The position numbers and the translations under genes were made by a program. This document shows, one piece after another, positions 25,835 to 38,193 of a stretch of DNA of 64,000 nt (the stretch's first letter is position 1; each line of letters starts with the position of its first letter). Below the pieces are notes generated by a model. It saw only the letters and a list, made by a program, of their open reading frames with translations, searched no databases and was not told the origin of the DNA. The stretch spans positions 1-64,000 of the forward strand of contig NIVC01002989.1 of NCBI GenBank assembly GCA_002269645.1, read 5' to 3'. This DNA is from Macrostomum lignano. Taxonomy: Eukaryota.

Positions 25835-28692
25835 CTAACAAGGCGGATCGCAACACTATCAAGGTTGATCGCAACACTATCAAGGTTGATTGCAATTCTA
25901 TCAAGGTTGATCGCAACACTATCAAGGTTGATTGCAACTCAATCAGGGTTTGATTGCAGTTCTATCAAGGTTGATTGCAACTCAATCAGGGTTTGATTGC
26001 AGTTCTATCAAGGTTGATTGCAACTCAATCAGGGTTTGATTGCAATTCTATCAAGGTTGATTGCAACTCAATCAGGGTTTGATTGCAACTCCATCAAGGT
26101 TGATTGCAACACTAATGAATGTTGATTGCAATTCTATCAAGGTTGATTGCAACTCTATCAGGGTTGGTTGCAACTCCATCAAGGTTGATTGCAACACAAT
26201 CAGGGTTTGATTGCAACTCTATCAAGGTTGATTGCAACTCAATCAGGGTTTGGTTGCAACTCTATCAAGGGTTGATTGCAGTTCTATCAAGGTTGATTGC
26301 AACTCCATCAAGGTTGATTGCAACTCTATCAAGGTTGATTGCAACTCCATCAAGGTTGATTGCAACTCAATCAGGGTTTGATTGCAATTCTATCAAGGTT
26401 GATTGCAACTCCATCAAGGTTGATTGCAACTCTAATGAATGTTGATTGCAATTCTATCAAGGTTGATTGCAACTCAATCAGGGTTTGATTGCAATTCTAT
26501 CAAGGTTGATTGCAACTCAATCAGGGTTTGATCGCAATTCTATCAAGGTTGATTGCAACTCAATCAGGGTTTGATTGCAACTCCATCAAGGTTGATTGCA
26601 ACACTAATGAATGTTGATTGCAATTCTATCAAGGTTGATTGCAACTCTATCAGGGTTGGTTGCAACTCCATCAAGGTTGATTGCAACACAATCAGGGTTT
26701 GATTGCAACTCTATCAAGGTTGATTGCAACTCAATCAGGGTTTGGTTGCAACTCTATCAAGGGTTGATTGCAGTTCTATCAAGGTTGATTGCAACTCCAT
26801 CAAGGTTGATTGCAACTCTATCAAGGTTGATTGCAACACTATCAAGGTTGATTGCAACTCAATCAGGGTTTGATTGCAATTCTATCAAGGTTGATTGCAA
26901 CTCCATCAAGGTTGATTGCAACTCTAATGAATGTTGATTGCAATTCTATCAAGGTTGATTGCAACTCAATCAGGGTTTGATTGCAATTCTATCAAGGTTG
27001 ATTGCAACTCAATCAGGGTTTGATCGCAATTCTATCAAGGTTGATTGCAAATCTATCAAGGTTGATTGCAATTCTATCAAGGTTGATTGCAACTCTATCA
27101 AGGTTGATTGCAACTCTATCAAGGTTGATTGCAACTCTATCAAGGTTGATTGCAACTCAATCAGGGTTTGGTTGCAACTTTATCAAGGGTTGATTGCAGT
27201 TCTATCAAGGTTGGTTGCAACTCCATCAAGGTTGATTGCAACTCTATCAAGGTTGATTGCAACACAATCAGGGTTTGATTGCAACTCTATCAAGGTTGAT
27301 TGCAACTCAATCAGGGTTTGGTTGCAACTTTATCAAGGGTTGATTGCAGTTCTATCAAGGTTGATTGCAACTCCATCAAGGTTGATTGCAACTCTATCAA
27401 GGTTGATTGCAACTCTATCAAGGTTGATTGCAACTCAATCAGGGTTTGATTGCAATTCTATCAAGGTTGATTGCAACTCAATCAGGGTTTGATCGCAATT
27501 CTATCAAGGTTGATTGCAAATCTATCAAGGTTGATTGCAATTCTATCAAGGTTGATTGCAACTCTATCAAGGTTGATTGCAACTCTATCAAGGTTGATTG
27601 CAACTCTATCAAGGTTGATTGCAACTCAATCAGGGTTTGGTTGCAACTTTATCAAGGGTTGATTGCAGTTCTATCAAGGTTGGTTGCAACTCCATCAAGG
27701 TTGATTGCAACTCCATCAAGGTTGATTGCAACTCTATCAAGGTTGATTGCAACACAATCAGGGTTTGATTGCAACTCTATCAAGGTTGATTGCAACTCAA
27801 TCAGGGTTTGGTTGCAACTTTATCAAGGGTTGATTGCAGTTCTATCAAGGTTGGTTGCAACTCCATCAAGGTTGATTGCAACTCCATCAAGGTTGATTGC
27901 AACTCTATCAAGGTTGATTGCAACACAATCAGGGTTTGATTGCAACTCTATCAAGGTTGATTGCAACTCAATCAGGGTTTGGTTGCAACTCTATCAAGGG
28001 TTGATTGCAGTTCTATCAAGGTTGATTGCAACTCCATCAAGGTTGATTGCAACACTAATGAATGTTGATTGCAACTCTATCAAGGTTGATTGCAACTCAA
28101 TCAGGGTTTGATTGCAACTCTATCAAGGTTGATTGCAACTCTATCAAGGATGATTGCAACTCTATCAAGGTTGATTGCAACTCAATCAGGGTTTGGTTGC
28201 AACTTTATCAAGGGTTGATTGCAGTTCTATCAAGGTTGATTGCAACTCCATCAAGGTTGATTGCAACTCCATCAAGGTTGATTGCAACTCTATCAAGGTT
28301 GATTGCAACACAATCAGGGTTTGGTTGCAACTCTATCAAGGGTTGATTGCAGTTCTATCAAGGTTGATTGCAACTCAATCAGGGTTTGATTGCAATTCTA
28401 TCAAGGTTGATTGCAACTCAATCAGGGTTTGATTGCAACTTTATCAAGGTTGATTGCAACTCCATCAGGGTTTGATTGCAATTCTATCAAGGTTGATTGC
28501 AACTCAATCAGGGTTTGATTGCAATTCTATCAAGGTTGATTGCAACTCAATCAGGGTTTGATTGCAATTCTATCAAGGTTGATTGCAACTCAATCAGGGT
28601 TTGATTGCAATTCTATCAAGGTTGATTGCAACTCCATCAGGGTTTGATTGCAATTCTATCAAGGTTGATTGCAATTCTATCAAGGTTGATTG
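25835..28692. repeat. 21/22-bp minisatellite (GATTGCAACTCTATCAAGGTT / GATTGCAACTCAATCAGGGTTT) with higher-order repeats
   Basis: Direct inspection; identical long blocks offset by 492 bp (26119/26611) and 469 bp (26959/27428). Confidence 0.95.
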
Positions 28693-29384
28693 TAGCTCTA
28701 ACGAGGAAGTGGACTGCAGGTTGGTAAAGCGTATAGCCTGAAATGACTGAAAGAAAATGAACTATCGACTCAGTCTCCCTGCAAGTGATCGCAAATTAAT
28801 GCTCCTTAGAAGGGATATAAAGCTTGAAGCTCCTATTGACTCGGCCATTAATCCCGCGGGTTCCAACGCCACATCAGCAGGCAGCTGCAGCCGAAAAAGG
28901 GCGCTGACTGTGATATGGGAGAAATGCTAATGAAGTCGGGCGGCGTCGGTGCGAAATTCCTACAGAAAGCGCGGAGATCTCGAGGAACCCCCCTTCGGCC
29001 ACCATGCAGCTGCGGCATGCTGGACTAGGGGGGGGGGGTTGCACCGACCCATCGAGCTGAAGAAGGCGACTTGGTTAGGCCGAGTTGTGGCAGCTGAGGG
29101 AGAGAGTGAGAAATTTCGCAACCCTCCATAAACGAATAGCAATGGCCCAACAGTTCACAGCGCGCGAGATTCTGGGGGCATGAATTCATTTTTTATCTTT
29201 CTTCACCCGGGCGTTGGTGAGAAAGGCTATGCGAGAAGTTTTCAAGGCCTTGTAGCGGTTGCGTATCCTGAGGGCTTCTGAGACACCCCCACTCTGCAGC
29301 TATACAGTCAAAATTTATCCAAGTGGTTTGCTGGGATCCTGAACGGCATCCCCATTCAACAGAGGCCTCCGTCTCGCTGTCTCC

Positions 29385-30532
29385 CCGTCTTCCTGTCTCC
29401 CCGTCTCCCTGTCTCCCTTTCTCCCTGTCTCCCTCTCTCCCTGTCTCCCTCTCTCCCTGTCTCCCTCTCTCCCTGTCTCACTGTCTCCCTCTCTCCCTGT
29501 CTCCCTGTCTCCCTCTCTCCCTGTCTCCCTCTCTCCCTGTCTCCCTCTTACTGTCTCCCTGTCTCCCTCTCTCCCTCTCTCCCTGTTTCCCTGTCTCCCT
29601 CTCTCCCTGTCTCCCTCTCTCCCCGTCTCCCTCTCTCCCTCTCTCCCTCTCTCCCTGTCTCCCTCTCTCCCCGTCTCCCTCTCTCCCTGTCTCCATCTCT
29701 CCCTCTCTCCCTCTCTCCCTGTCTCCCTCTCTCCCTCTCTCCCTCTCTCCCTGTCTCCCTCTCTCCCTGTCTCCCTCTCTCCCTGTCTCCCTCTCTCCCT
29801 GTCTCCCTGTCTCCCTGTCTCCCTCTCTCCCTCTCTCCCTGTCTCCCTGTCTCCCTCTCTCTCTGTCTCCCTCTCTCCCTGTCTCCCTCTCTCCCTGTCT
29901 CCCTCTCTCCCTGTCTCCCTCTCTCCCTGTCTCCCTGTCTCCCTGTCTCCCTCTCTCCCTCTCTCCCTGTCTCCCTGTCTCCCTCTCTCTCTGTCTCCCT
30001 CTCTCCCTGTCTCCCTCTCTCCCTGTCTCCCTGTCTCCCTGTCTCCCTCTCTCCCTCTCTCCCTGTTTCCCTCTCTCCCTCTCTCCCTGTCTCCCTCTCT
30101 CCCTCTCTCCCTCTCTCCCTGTCTCCCTCTCTCCCTCTTACTGTCTCCCTGTCTCCCTGTCTCCCTCTCTCCCTCTCTCCCTGTCTCCCTGTCTCCCTCT
30201 CTCCCTCTCTCCCTGTCTCCCTCTCTCCCTGTCTCCCTCTTACTGTCTCCCTGTCCCCCTCTCTCCCTCTCTCCCTCTCTCCCTCTCTGACTGTCTCCCT
30301 CTCTCCCTCTCTCCCTCTCTGACTGTCTCCCTCTCTCCCTCTCTTCCTCTCTCCCTGTCTCTCTCTCTCTTTGTCTCCGTCTCTCCCTGTCTCCCTCTCT
30401 CCCTGTCTCCCTCTTACTGTCTCCCTGTCCCCCTCTCTCCCTCTCTCCCTCTCTCCCTCTCTCCCTCTCTGACTGTCTCCCTCTCTCCCTCTCTCCCTCT
30501 CTCCCTGTCTCCCTCTCTCCCTGTCTCCCTCT
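29385..30532. repeat. Polypyrimidine low-complexity tract (CTCCCTGT/CTCT units)
   Basis: Direct inspection. Confidence 0.95.
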
Positions 30533-30995
30533 CCGCACCTTTTGTATTTGCTTCGCACACCAGATTTTTCTCTCAGCGTAAAAGTGGTTAGTTACTTAAA
30601 AGAAGCAAGCCTAAGGTTAATCTGATTCAAGTGCTGAAGGAAATCATCATTTCCGTTCTGTGAACTGTGCAGATTTATTTTTGCAGAGCAGGTTTTGCTT
30701 TCATTACGCTTCGTTGAAATTCAGAATTTCAGTTTTGCATGGTTTTTGCCATTCGAAGATGCAACACAGACTGGCTGGTGGGGGGACCGCAACTGCGCAG
30801 CATCGAGTAGCTGCTCCATCGAATTCCTCGGAGCAGGGGGGGGGCGCAGCACAGCGCAGTGATTTGAGGTCTGCTTCCGCTTTTCTGAATCAAAATTTTC
30901 CAACTTGAATTCGATGGCTGTTCCTGTAGCTGAAAATCTGCGCAGCAGTTTAATTAAATCAGATAGTTTCCGGGAATTGAAAAAATCCCGCAGAG

Positions 30996-31330
30996 CAGCT
31001 GGCAAAGTAGCTGGCAAAGTAGCTGGCAAAGTAGCTGGCAAAGTAGCTGGCAAAGTAGCTGGCAAAGTAGCTGGCAAAGTAGCTGGCAAAGTAGCTGGCA
31101 AAGTAGCTGGCAAAGTAGCTGGCAAAGTAGCTGGCAAAGTAGCTGGCAAAGTAGCTGGCAAAGTAGCTGGCAAAGTAGCTGGCAAAGTAGCTGGCAAAGT
31201 AGCTGGCAAAGTAGCTGGCAAAGTAGCTGGCAAAGGAGATGGCAAAGTAGCTGGCAAAGTAGCTGGCAAAGTAGCTGGCAAAGTAGCTGGCAAAGGAGCT
31301 GGAAAAGTAGCTGGCAAAGGAGCTGGCAAA
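30996..31330. repeat. 12-bp array (GTAGCTGGCAAA)n grading into 12/24-bp variants to ~31680
   Basis: Direct inspection. Confidence 0.95.
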
Positions 31331-31334
31331 AGGG

Positions 31335-31772
31335 ATGACAAAGGAGATGACAAAGGAGATGACAAAGGAGATGACAAAGGAGATGGCAAAAGTGATGGCA
31401 AAACAGTTGGAAGAGAAGCTGGCAAAGGAACTATCAGAGGAGCTGGCAAAAGAACTATCAGAGGAGCTGGCAAAGGAACTAGCGGAGGAGCTGGCAAAGG
31501 AACTATCAGAGGAGCTGGCAAAGGAACTATCAGAGGAGCTGGCAAAGGAACTATCAGAGGAGCTGGCAAAGGAACTATCAGAGGAGCTGGCAAAGGAACT
31601 AGCGGAGGAGCTGGCACAGGAGCTGGCAGACGAGCTGGCGAAGGAGATGGCAGACGAGCTGGCGAAGGAGATGGCAAAGGAACTTTCAAGGCGCCAGTCA
31701 ATGCGCGCTATTTTTAGGACGCCAGCCACCATAGCTAGGGCGATAGCTGAAGCAGACGCAAGGATAGCATGA
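31335..31772 (+). CDS. Putative 145-aa E/K-rich alpha-helical repeat protein (AKELSEEL repeats)
   Basis: Open from 31311; differences between repeat units are synonymous or conservative in this frame (GCA/GCG, GAA/GAG, CTA/CTG/CTT, E/D, K/Q) but non-synonymous in the VAGK/GAGK frame. Confidence 0.45.
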   Translation: MTKEMTKEMTKEMTKEMAKVMAKQLEEKLAKELSEELAKELSEELAKELAEELAKELSEELAKELSEELAKELSEELAKELSEELAKELAEELAQELADELAKEMADELAKEMAKELSRRQSMRAIFRTPATIARAIAEADARIA

Positions 31773-32804
31773 CTTGCAGTCCACAAGCAATATTGCAAAA
31801 TCATCATTTGTACTCATTGCATTGAATCAGTACTAATAGGAAGCACAAAAAACAACCATTATTATCATGCAATTTATTAGTAATTTTAGAAGCAGAGGCA
31901 GGTGGTTGTGCCGTAAAGTCTTCTTGAAGTCAACCTTCGAGGCAGGCAAAAAGCTTGGAATGCAGGTTAACAAGAGTAGACATACACAGCGAAGCAAGTC
32001 AAGTATAGTCGCATGGCAACAAACCCGCGGACCTCTGGAGATTCCCGGATGGCCGGGGGATGAAGTTGAACTTGCTCGGTGCAACAACTCGCGCAGGGAT
32101 TCGGATTAGGTTCCGAGCCTGTGCACACGATTCCAACCTAAATCAGCGGCGCTGATGAAATCTGGCTGGCCATGACTGCTGGTACCTCAGGCCTATCTAT
32201 TTCTCTGACCCCTTCCAGCTTCAGCGAGAGGAGAAAAGACTGCTGGGACCTCGTCGACTTTCCATCAGTTTTGGCAGGCCGAATGCACAAGCATAGGTAG
32301 TTGTATACTGTGTATGGCCTCTCGAAACCACGTGGCCAGACCCTTTAAAGCCAGCGATTCAATGAGGGGAAATTTCAAAGATAATAATTACCTAGGGAAA
32401 ATTTGCGTCACATTCTACTGAGATTGGTAAGTAGTCTGCCTTGTCCAGTTCGCCCAAGGCGCGGCGCGAGAGACAAAGCGTTTCGCTAATTTTCTCACCT
32501 GATATTTAATTAGCCTGCGCGCAATTAAGCGCCCACGTGGACCACAATTAAAGCCAGGCACGGCAAATGTGCGATGACTAAAAAGGAAACGATAAAGCTA
32601 CCACCGATGCATGGGGAGGCGCAGGGACAGACAGGGCGAGCCAAGGTGCGGGACTCTGTCTGAGCTACACGCAATTTGCTGGTATCAGGTTTCAGAGTCA
32701 ACATGCCCCTCGGATACAGCAAATGTCTCTACATTATATAAATTACTCGAGATCAGGAGTGTCTGCATTGTGCCAGTTTGCATCGGAACTCGAAAAATCG
32801 CAAC

Positions 32805-33305
32805 ATGTCGTCAGCTTGCACGGGCCTCACTCTGCTCAGCCTGGCGTGCAGCTTCAGCTCAATCGGGATGCTTCTGCTAGACTCGAGCGTCATCAACGCC
32901 GAGACGGAGCCGCTGGACGCTGCGAGCTCCCTGACTGTTGGCGCGGTCGGCCTGGCAACTCTGGCCTGGTCGATCGTCTTCGCACAGCGCAGCCGAGACT
33001 CTGCTGGCCAGCAGCTGGAGTCTGGCGGCAGCGTGAGCAAGCGCAGCTGCCAAAACGCGATGAAGCTGCTGGGCCGGCTGCTGATCGCTGCTCAGGCCGC
33101 AGCGGCCGGTCTGTTGGGTTTCGTGCTCGCGCTAAGCACCGTTCAGCTGCACCGCAGGCGAGTCACTTGCACTCCGATAGACGGCCTAGGCTTAGCCGTG
33201 AAAGCGCTAGCCGAACTGTCTCTGGTTGCTATGGCGATTGTTACCATGGCAACCGTATGGCCAAGTTCAACGGAAGATAACAGCAAGTCAGCTGATGGGT
33301 TCTAA
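32805..33305 (+). CDS. 166-aa protein with ~4 predicted transmembrane segments, family not recognised
   Basis: gcaacATG start at 32805; four hydrophobic stretches (GLTLLSLACSFSSIGMLLL; LTVGAVGLATLAWSIVFA; LLIAAQAAAAGLLGFVLAL; LAELSLVAMAIVTMATVW); GC3-biased codons. Confidence 0.65.
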   Translation: MSSACTGLTLLSLACSFSSIGMLLLDSSVINAETEPLDAASSLTVGAVGLATLAWSIVFAQRSRDSAGQQLESGGSVSKRSCQNAMKLLGRLLIAAQAAAAGLLGFVLALSTVQLHRRRVTCTPIDGLGLAVKALAELSLVAMAIVTMATVWPSSTEDNSKSADGF

Positions 33306-33944
33306 ATAGACTGCATGGATAATGATAAGATTTGGAACCGCATTTTTTTATTTTGTAAAGAATTTTAAACTACTAAACAGGAATACAAAGTTTTATTTGT
33401 GTTGTGTGATTTTTTTTCATTAAAATCATGCTAAGGAAAGTTCGATCTTTTTCTTTTTGGGGGCTGTACATGTAGCTGTCAGCGCCCCTTTCGGCGTCCT
33501 TAACCCATGCAGTCAGTGCGAAAGTACTAAGACTTCAGTGCGTCTGCACTCATTTTCAGATATGACTATGTGGCTTCTGCCTTCTGATTGTCAAAATGTG
33601 ACATTTATTAAGAAACATATTCCAGTGCACGCAGACTGTATAAAGCCGGTGGGTGTGGCTTCATCGGAATTTCTTTTTCTCATCGAATCTTTGATCCTCT
33701 AGGCAAAGACAGCTAGGCGCCCAGTGGACTCAAAGAAGGCCGGGTAATAAAATGCTTCCATTGCTACACGACCGCGTCTATTTAAATGAACACATCTACG
33801 TCGGCTAGAAATCCGATTCTTGTCTGTTTCAAACTAAACACTTGTTGAGCAATCATGGTTTTCTTTCATGGAAACGTTACAGGTATGTAAGTGTACTGGT
33901 GCATACAGTGTTGTGCACAGGTTATGAATTGACAATTTTGAACC

Positions 33945-34244
33945 TAGTGGGTTGCAACCTAATGGTTTTGGACTCACGACTTGAAAGTCGGGGGTTCGAT
34001 TCTCGACTCACTCTGAACAATTTGGTTCCTTGAGCAATTGACACTTAATTCTGTATTGCTTCAATTCACCCAGCTGTAAAATGGGCACCAGCATTAGCTG
34101 AAGTAGTGGCGACACTCATGCAGTCCTTGGACTGAAAAGCCGTACGCAGCCTTCAGATGCCCCGCGCAATAGCTGCGGCTGAGCTGTCGGTTGCACATCT
34201 AGCCCAATTGGGACAGGTGTAATCAATTATTATTATTTATTATT
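33945..34244 (+). mobile_element. tRNA-derived SINE with a CORE (MIR-like) central domain and (TTA)n tail
   Basis: B-box GGTTCGATTC at 33993-34002; CCTTGAGCAA..CACTTAA...GCTTCA...CTGTAAAATGGG resembles the MIR/CORE consensus; TTA-rich tail at 34225-34244. Confidence 0.7.
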
Positions 34245-34489
34245 GTCCGTGATCAGAAAGAGAAAGTAAGGTCTGTTGTATGAACGCATGCCTGGCGTAC
34301 GCATTCGTAGGAATGTACGTACACGAAGATCAGCTTCAATGCATCAATGGTTTAACTCTCAACTCTCATCTTTTTAATTTGACTTACTTGACTTAGCTGC
34401 AGGGTGGTCCGTAGACACAGCGGGGAGGCGAGGGTCGCCCATTCCGCTAGCCCCTGAAGGCCCGCAGACAGGCAGAGGCGTGGGGCCGG

Positions 34490-37400
34490 TCAGGGTGGTC
34501 CGCCGGTCCGTCCTGCAGCGTGATCTTCCGTTGGGAAGAAACTGGCTCGTCTAGTCGCCCGAAGGAACTGGATGAGCCGTGGGATGCTGTCGGGCTGGCA
34601 GACCTCGTCAATGGACGGGTTCGGCCCGAGGTAGCGTAGCCGGTCTCTGTTAAAGAAAGGGCAGTGACAGACAAAGTGCTGAGCATCTTCATTGTCGCAC
34701 TCGCAAAAGGGGCAAATTTCGCTCTCGAGGTCGCCTCGGAGGAAGCAGTGCCTGGCGAGGTAGCCATGGCCGGTGAGGGTCATGACAAGGGCTCGAATAT
34801 CCTTCCGATTCTGGTTCAGAAGGATGTTTCTGAGCCTGTGAGACGGGCAAGGAACCGCGGCACGAGATTGCCGGCAGTTTTGGGTGCCCGCCCATCTGTC
34901 CCTGTGGAGGGAGTCAGCCCAGTCGTCGATCTGACGATTGATGACTGTCAAGGGCATAGGGACCAGGGGGGCAGGGCCGAAGAAAGAGCCAGAGCCGCCC
35001 CTCTTGGCGAGGGTGTCTGCCAGCTCGTTCCCCGGAAACCCTGCGTGCCCTGGGATCCACTTCAGCCTGACAGTATTGCTTCTGGCCAGGAGGTTGAGCT
35101 GCCGGGCGCAGTCGGCGACTGTCCGGGAGATCGTTGTGGTGTGGCAAAGGGCCTGTAAGGCCGCTTGGCTGTCGGAGTGGATGACAATAGTCTTTCCTCT
35201 CGTAACCTTGGCGTTCAGCTCTGCAGCGCAAGAGCTGATGGCAAGGACTTCGTTCTGGAAGACTGTGGAGAGTCTACCAGTGTGCTGGGCATGCGTGGCA
35301 ATTACGCGGCCGTTGATGATGATGCAGACCCCAAAGCCGGCGCGACCGTCTTTGATGGATCCGTCCGTGTAGCAATGGACCTCCTGGAAATTCCAGTGGT
35401 CATTGGCAGCATCCCTAGAGGGGATGGTGACCTTGTAGCGCTGAAAGAGGTTGAGAGTGCGGGGTTCGCCGTCAGATAGGACGTGGAGCCCGCCGCTGTC
35501 TCTCAAGTCCTTGAGGCAGAGGTCAGCGTGGGGCAGAAGCTTGCGCTTAGCCATGGCCCTATGGGGCTGGATTCGAATGCCAGCGTCAGCTAGACGGCGG
35601 GCAGTCTTAGCCGCTTCCCTGCGGACAAAGATGTCCAGCGGAGGAATGTTGAGGAAGGCGTTGAGGCCATCGTAGGAGCAGACGGAGGGGCGCTCATGAT
35701 CGTGCGACAAGCGCGCCCTTGCGCTCTCCTGAGAGCCTCTAGACAGGTCTTTATCTGCAGGGCGCTAGCCCAGATCAGGCCGCCATACGAGATAGCGGGC
35801 CTAACCATTGCAGTGTAGATCCACCAGAGGCGCTTGGGGGTGAGCCCCCAGGTGGTGCCGACAGCCCTGCGCAATTGCGCGAGGACTGCGAAGGCCTTTT
35901 TGGCTTTTGTTTGAACGTGGGGTGACCAGTTCAGCCTGTGGTCCAGGGTAATACCCAGACATTTAGTCTGCTTGCAGAAGGGGATTTCCCTTCCGTAAAG
36001 CGTGAGCGGCCGAATCTGCCACTTGGTCCTGCTGGTGAACATGATCGCTGCGGTCTTAGTCTCAGAGAGCCTTAAACCACAGCGGTCCGCCCATTGCTCA
36101 GCAGCGTAGATGAAGTTCTGAAGAAGGTCCCTGAGGGTATCAGGGGACGGACCAGATGCCACCGCGGTGACATCGTCCGCATATCCAACTTTCAGAATGG
36201 GGTCAGGCCGAACAACCCGGAGGAGCTCATCGATGACCATATTCCAGAGAACTGGAGACAGCACCCCACCTTGCGGGCTACCTTTGCAGACGGGGACCGT
36301 CCTCTGGTAGCCCAGCAGACTGGCGGTGGCCGTGCGATGGCTGATCATGTACATGATCCATCTGGTGAGATGTGAGTGCGTTTGCCTCTCACAAACAGCT
36401 CTTCGGAACGCCTCAAAGAGGACGTTATCGAAGGCGCCAATGATATCCAGGAAGATCTCCAGAGCAAAGCCATTACCAAGCACGGCCTTCTCGAGTTTAT
36501 CGACCAGGACGTGCAGCGCGCTTTCAGTGGAGCGACCCGCCCGAAAAGCGTGCTGGTTCTCGCTGAGAGGTTTGTTCTTCAGCTCAACAGAGAGAAGGCG
36601 CCAAAGCACCAGTCTCTCCATCAGCTTGACCAGGGAGGAGGTCAAGCTGATCGGTCTGAAGGATTTGATAGAATGGTAGTCCGAGCGGCCTGGCTTAGGG
36701 ATAAAGATCACCTTTGCCTCGGTCCAAGCCTGTGGGACATAACCAAGCGTGATGCATGCCCGAAGAAGGCTGCAAAGTTTGCGCAGGAAGCCTGGGCATT
36801 TAACCGCCTCTCTTAGAAGGGCCGGTACAATGCCGTCGGGTCCTGGGGCTTTGAAAGGCTTGAAGGAATTTGCCGCTCTCACAATGCGGTCCTCCGTGAT
36901 GATAGAGGCAGCCAGCGCGTGACCTCCCTCCGAGTGATCCGGAGTGGTCTGGTTAGCTGGCTCGTTGGGGAAAAACGCAGTGAGCATTACATCAAGCGTT
37001 TCCCCTGGGTTGTCCGTGGACGTACCGTCGGTGCGTTTGACCGAGGAGAGCTTAGACATTTTGTCCAGCGTGAGCGCTTTCACAACTCTGGAGGTGGGGC
37101 GTGAGCCCTCTAGCTCCTCACAGTATTGTCGCCATTTTTGAGCCTTTGCATTCCTAACCTTCCTTTTAAACTCATGAATTGCTTCATGATAGGCGGTTTG
37201 GTCTGCAGGGCTCTTAGTTTTAGTTGCTCTGCGGTGGAGTCTCTTAGCCCTGCGACGGAGGTTGCCGAGCTCGGGATTCCACCACGGCGCCGATTTTTTC
37301 CCTTTATAGGCTTTTAAAGGGCAGGACGCCTCAAAGGCGGCGGTTAGCGTCTCTGTCAAAACAGTCGCGCACTCATCCGCCTCTCGGCACGACGTGATCG

Positions 37401-38191
37401 TGGATGGTTGGCCAGGAGACCGATGGAATTCCTTCAGGGCGAGCCCGAAGGTTTCCCAATCCGTATTTCTGGCGTTCCGTCTCCACGTAACACGAGTTGC
37501 GCTACGCGCGGCCATTAGGTTGAAGGAGATGAACTTGTGATCCGAGAGTGAGCACTGGAAGCACCCGCCACGCTCCAATACTCTGGTAGAGTCTGGGCGT
37601 TGCGAGCGTAGCGTCGATCACCTCCGACCACCGTCCGTTGTCAAAGGTAGGGGTGGACCCAGAGTTGCAGAACTCGAGGGTCGTAGAGGCAACGTAGGCT
37701 AGGAGGTCTTCGCCTCTCTGATTAATGCCAGTGCTGCCCCAGTGAGTGTGGTGGGCGTTGATGTCGCCGGCAACCATGAGCTCGTAGTTTTTGGCAGAGC
37801 AGAGCTCTACCAGCGTAGCGAGGGCTCTGGGGACGACCGCAGCATCGCCTGGTAGGTAAACCGAGGCAATGAGGGTGGTCTTCCCAGGAAGAAGGTCCTC
37901 GGATTGGATGACGCAGATGTCCCTGTTGGACAGGTCCGATCTGAGCCACGCACTGAGCGTTTTGCTCGCAAAGATGCAAGCTCTGGGAGGCTGGTTGGCC
38001 TCGCGAGGGTAAGTATAAAAACAATTGTAGCCAGCAGGGGCGTTTTGAGGCTTACCTCTGAGAGTCCAGGGTTCCTGGACGAGGATGAGCCCCGACTTGT
38101 CGAGCTCGGCGTAACGCATAAGGTTGACCGAGGCTGCGACGCAGTGCTGCAGATTAATCTGCAGGCAATGGATTCCCTGGTTGCTGATCAT
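34490..38191 (-). CDS. LINE ORF2 polyprotein (AP endonuclease, reverse transcriptase, RNase H, CCHC), split by two frameshifts (~37553, ~35665)
   Basis: APE: QINLQH, VQEPW, GDINAHH, TPTF, SDH; RT: KAPGPDG, FRPISL, PQGGVLSP, YADD; RNase H: YTDGS, SDSQAAL, WIPGHAGFPGNELAD; CPFC...HFVCHC. Confidence 0.92.
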
Positions 38192-38193
38192 TA

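Noticed and set aside
25835-30591. ORFs across the 21/22-mer array and the CT-rich tract
   Set aside because: Repeat artefacts with frequent frame changes
33945-34015. tRNA gene
   Set aside because: B-box present, but no complete cloverleaf, and it continues into a SINE body and tail
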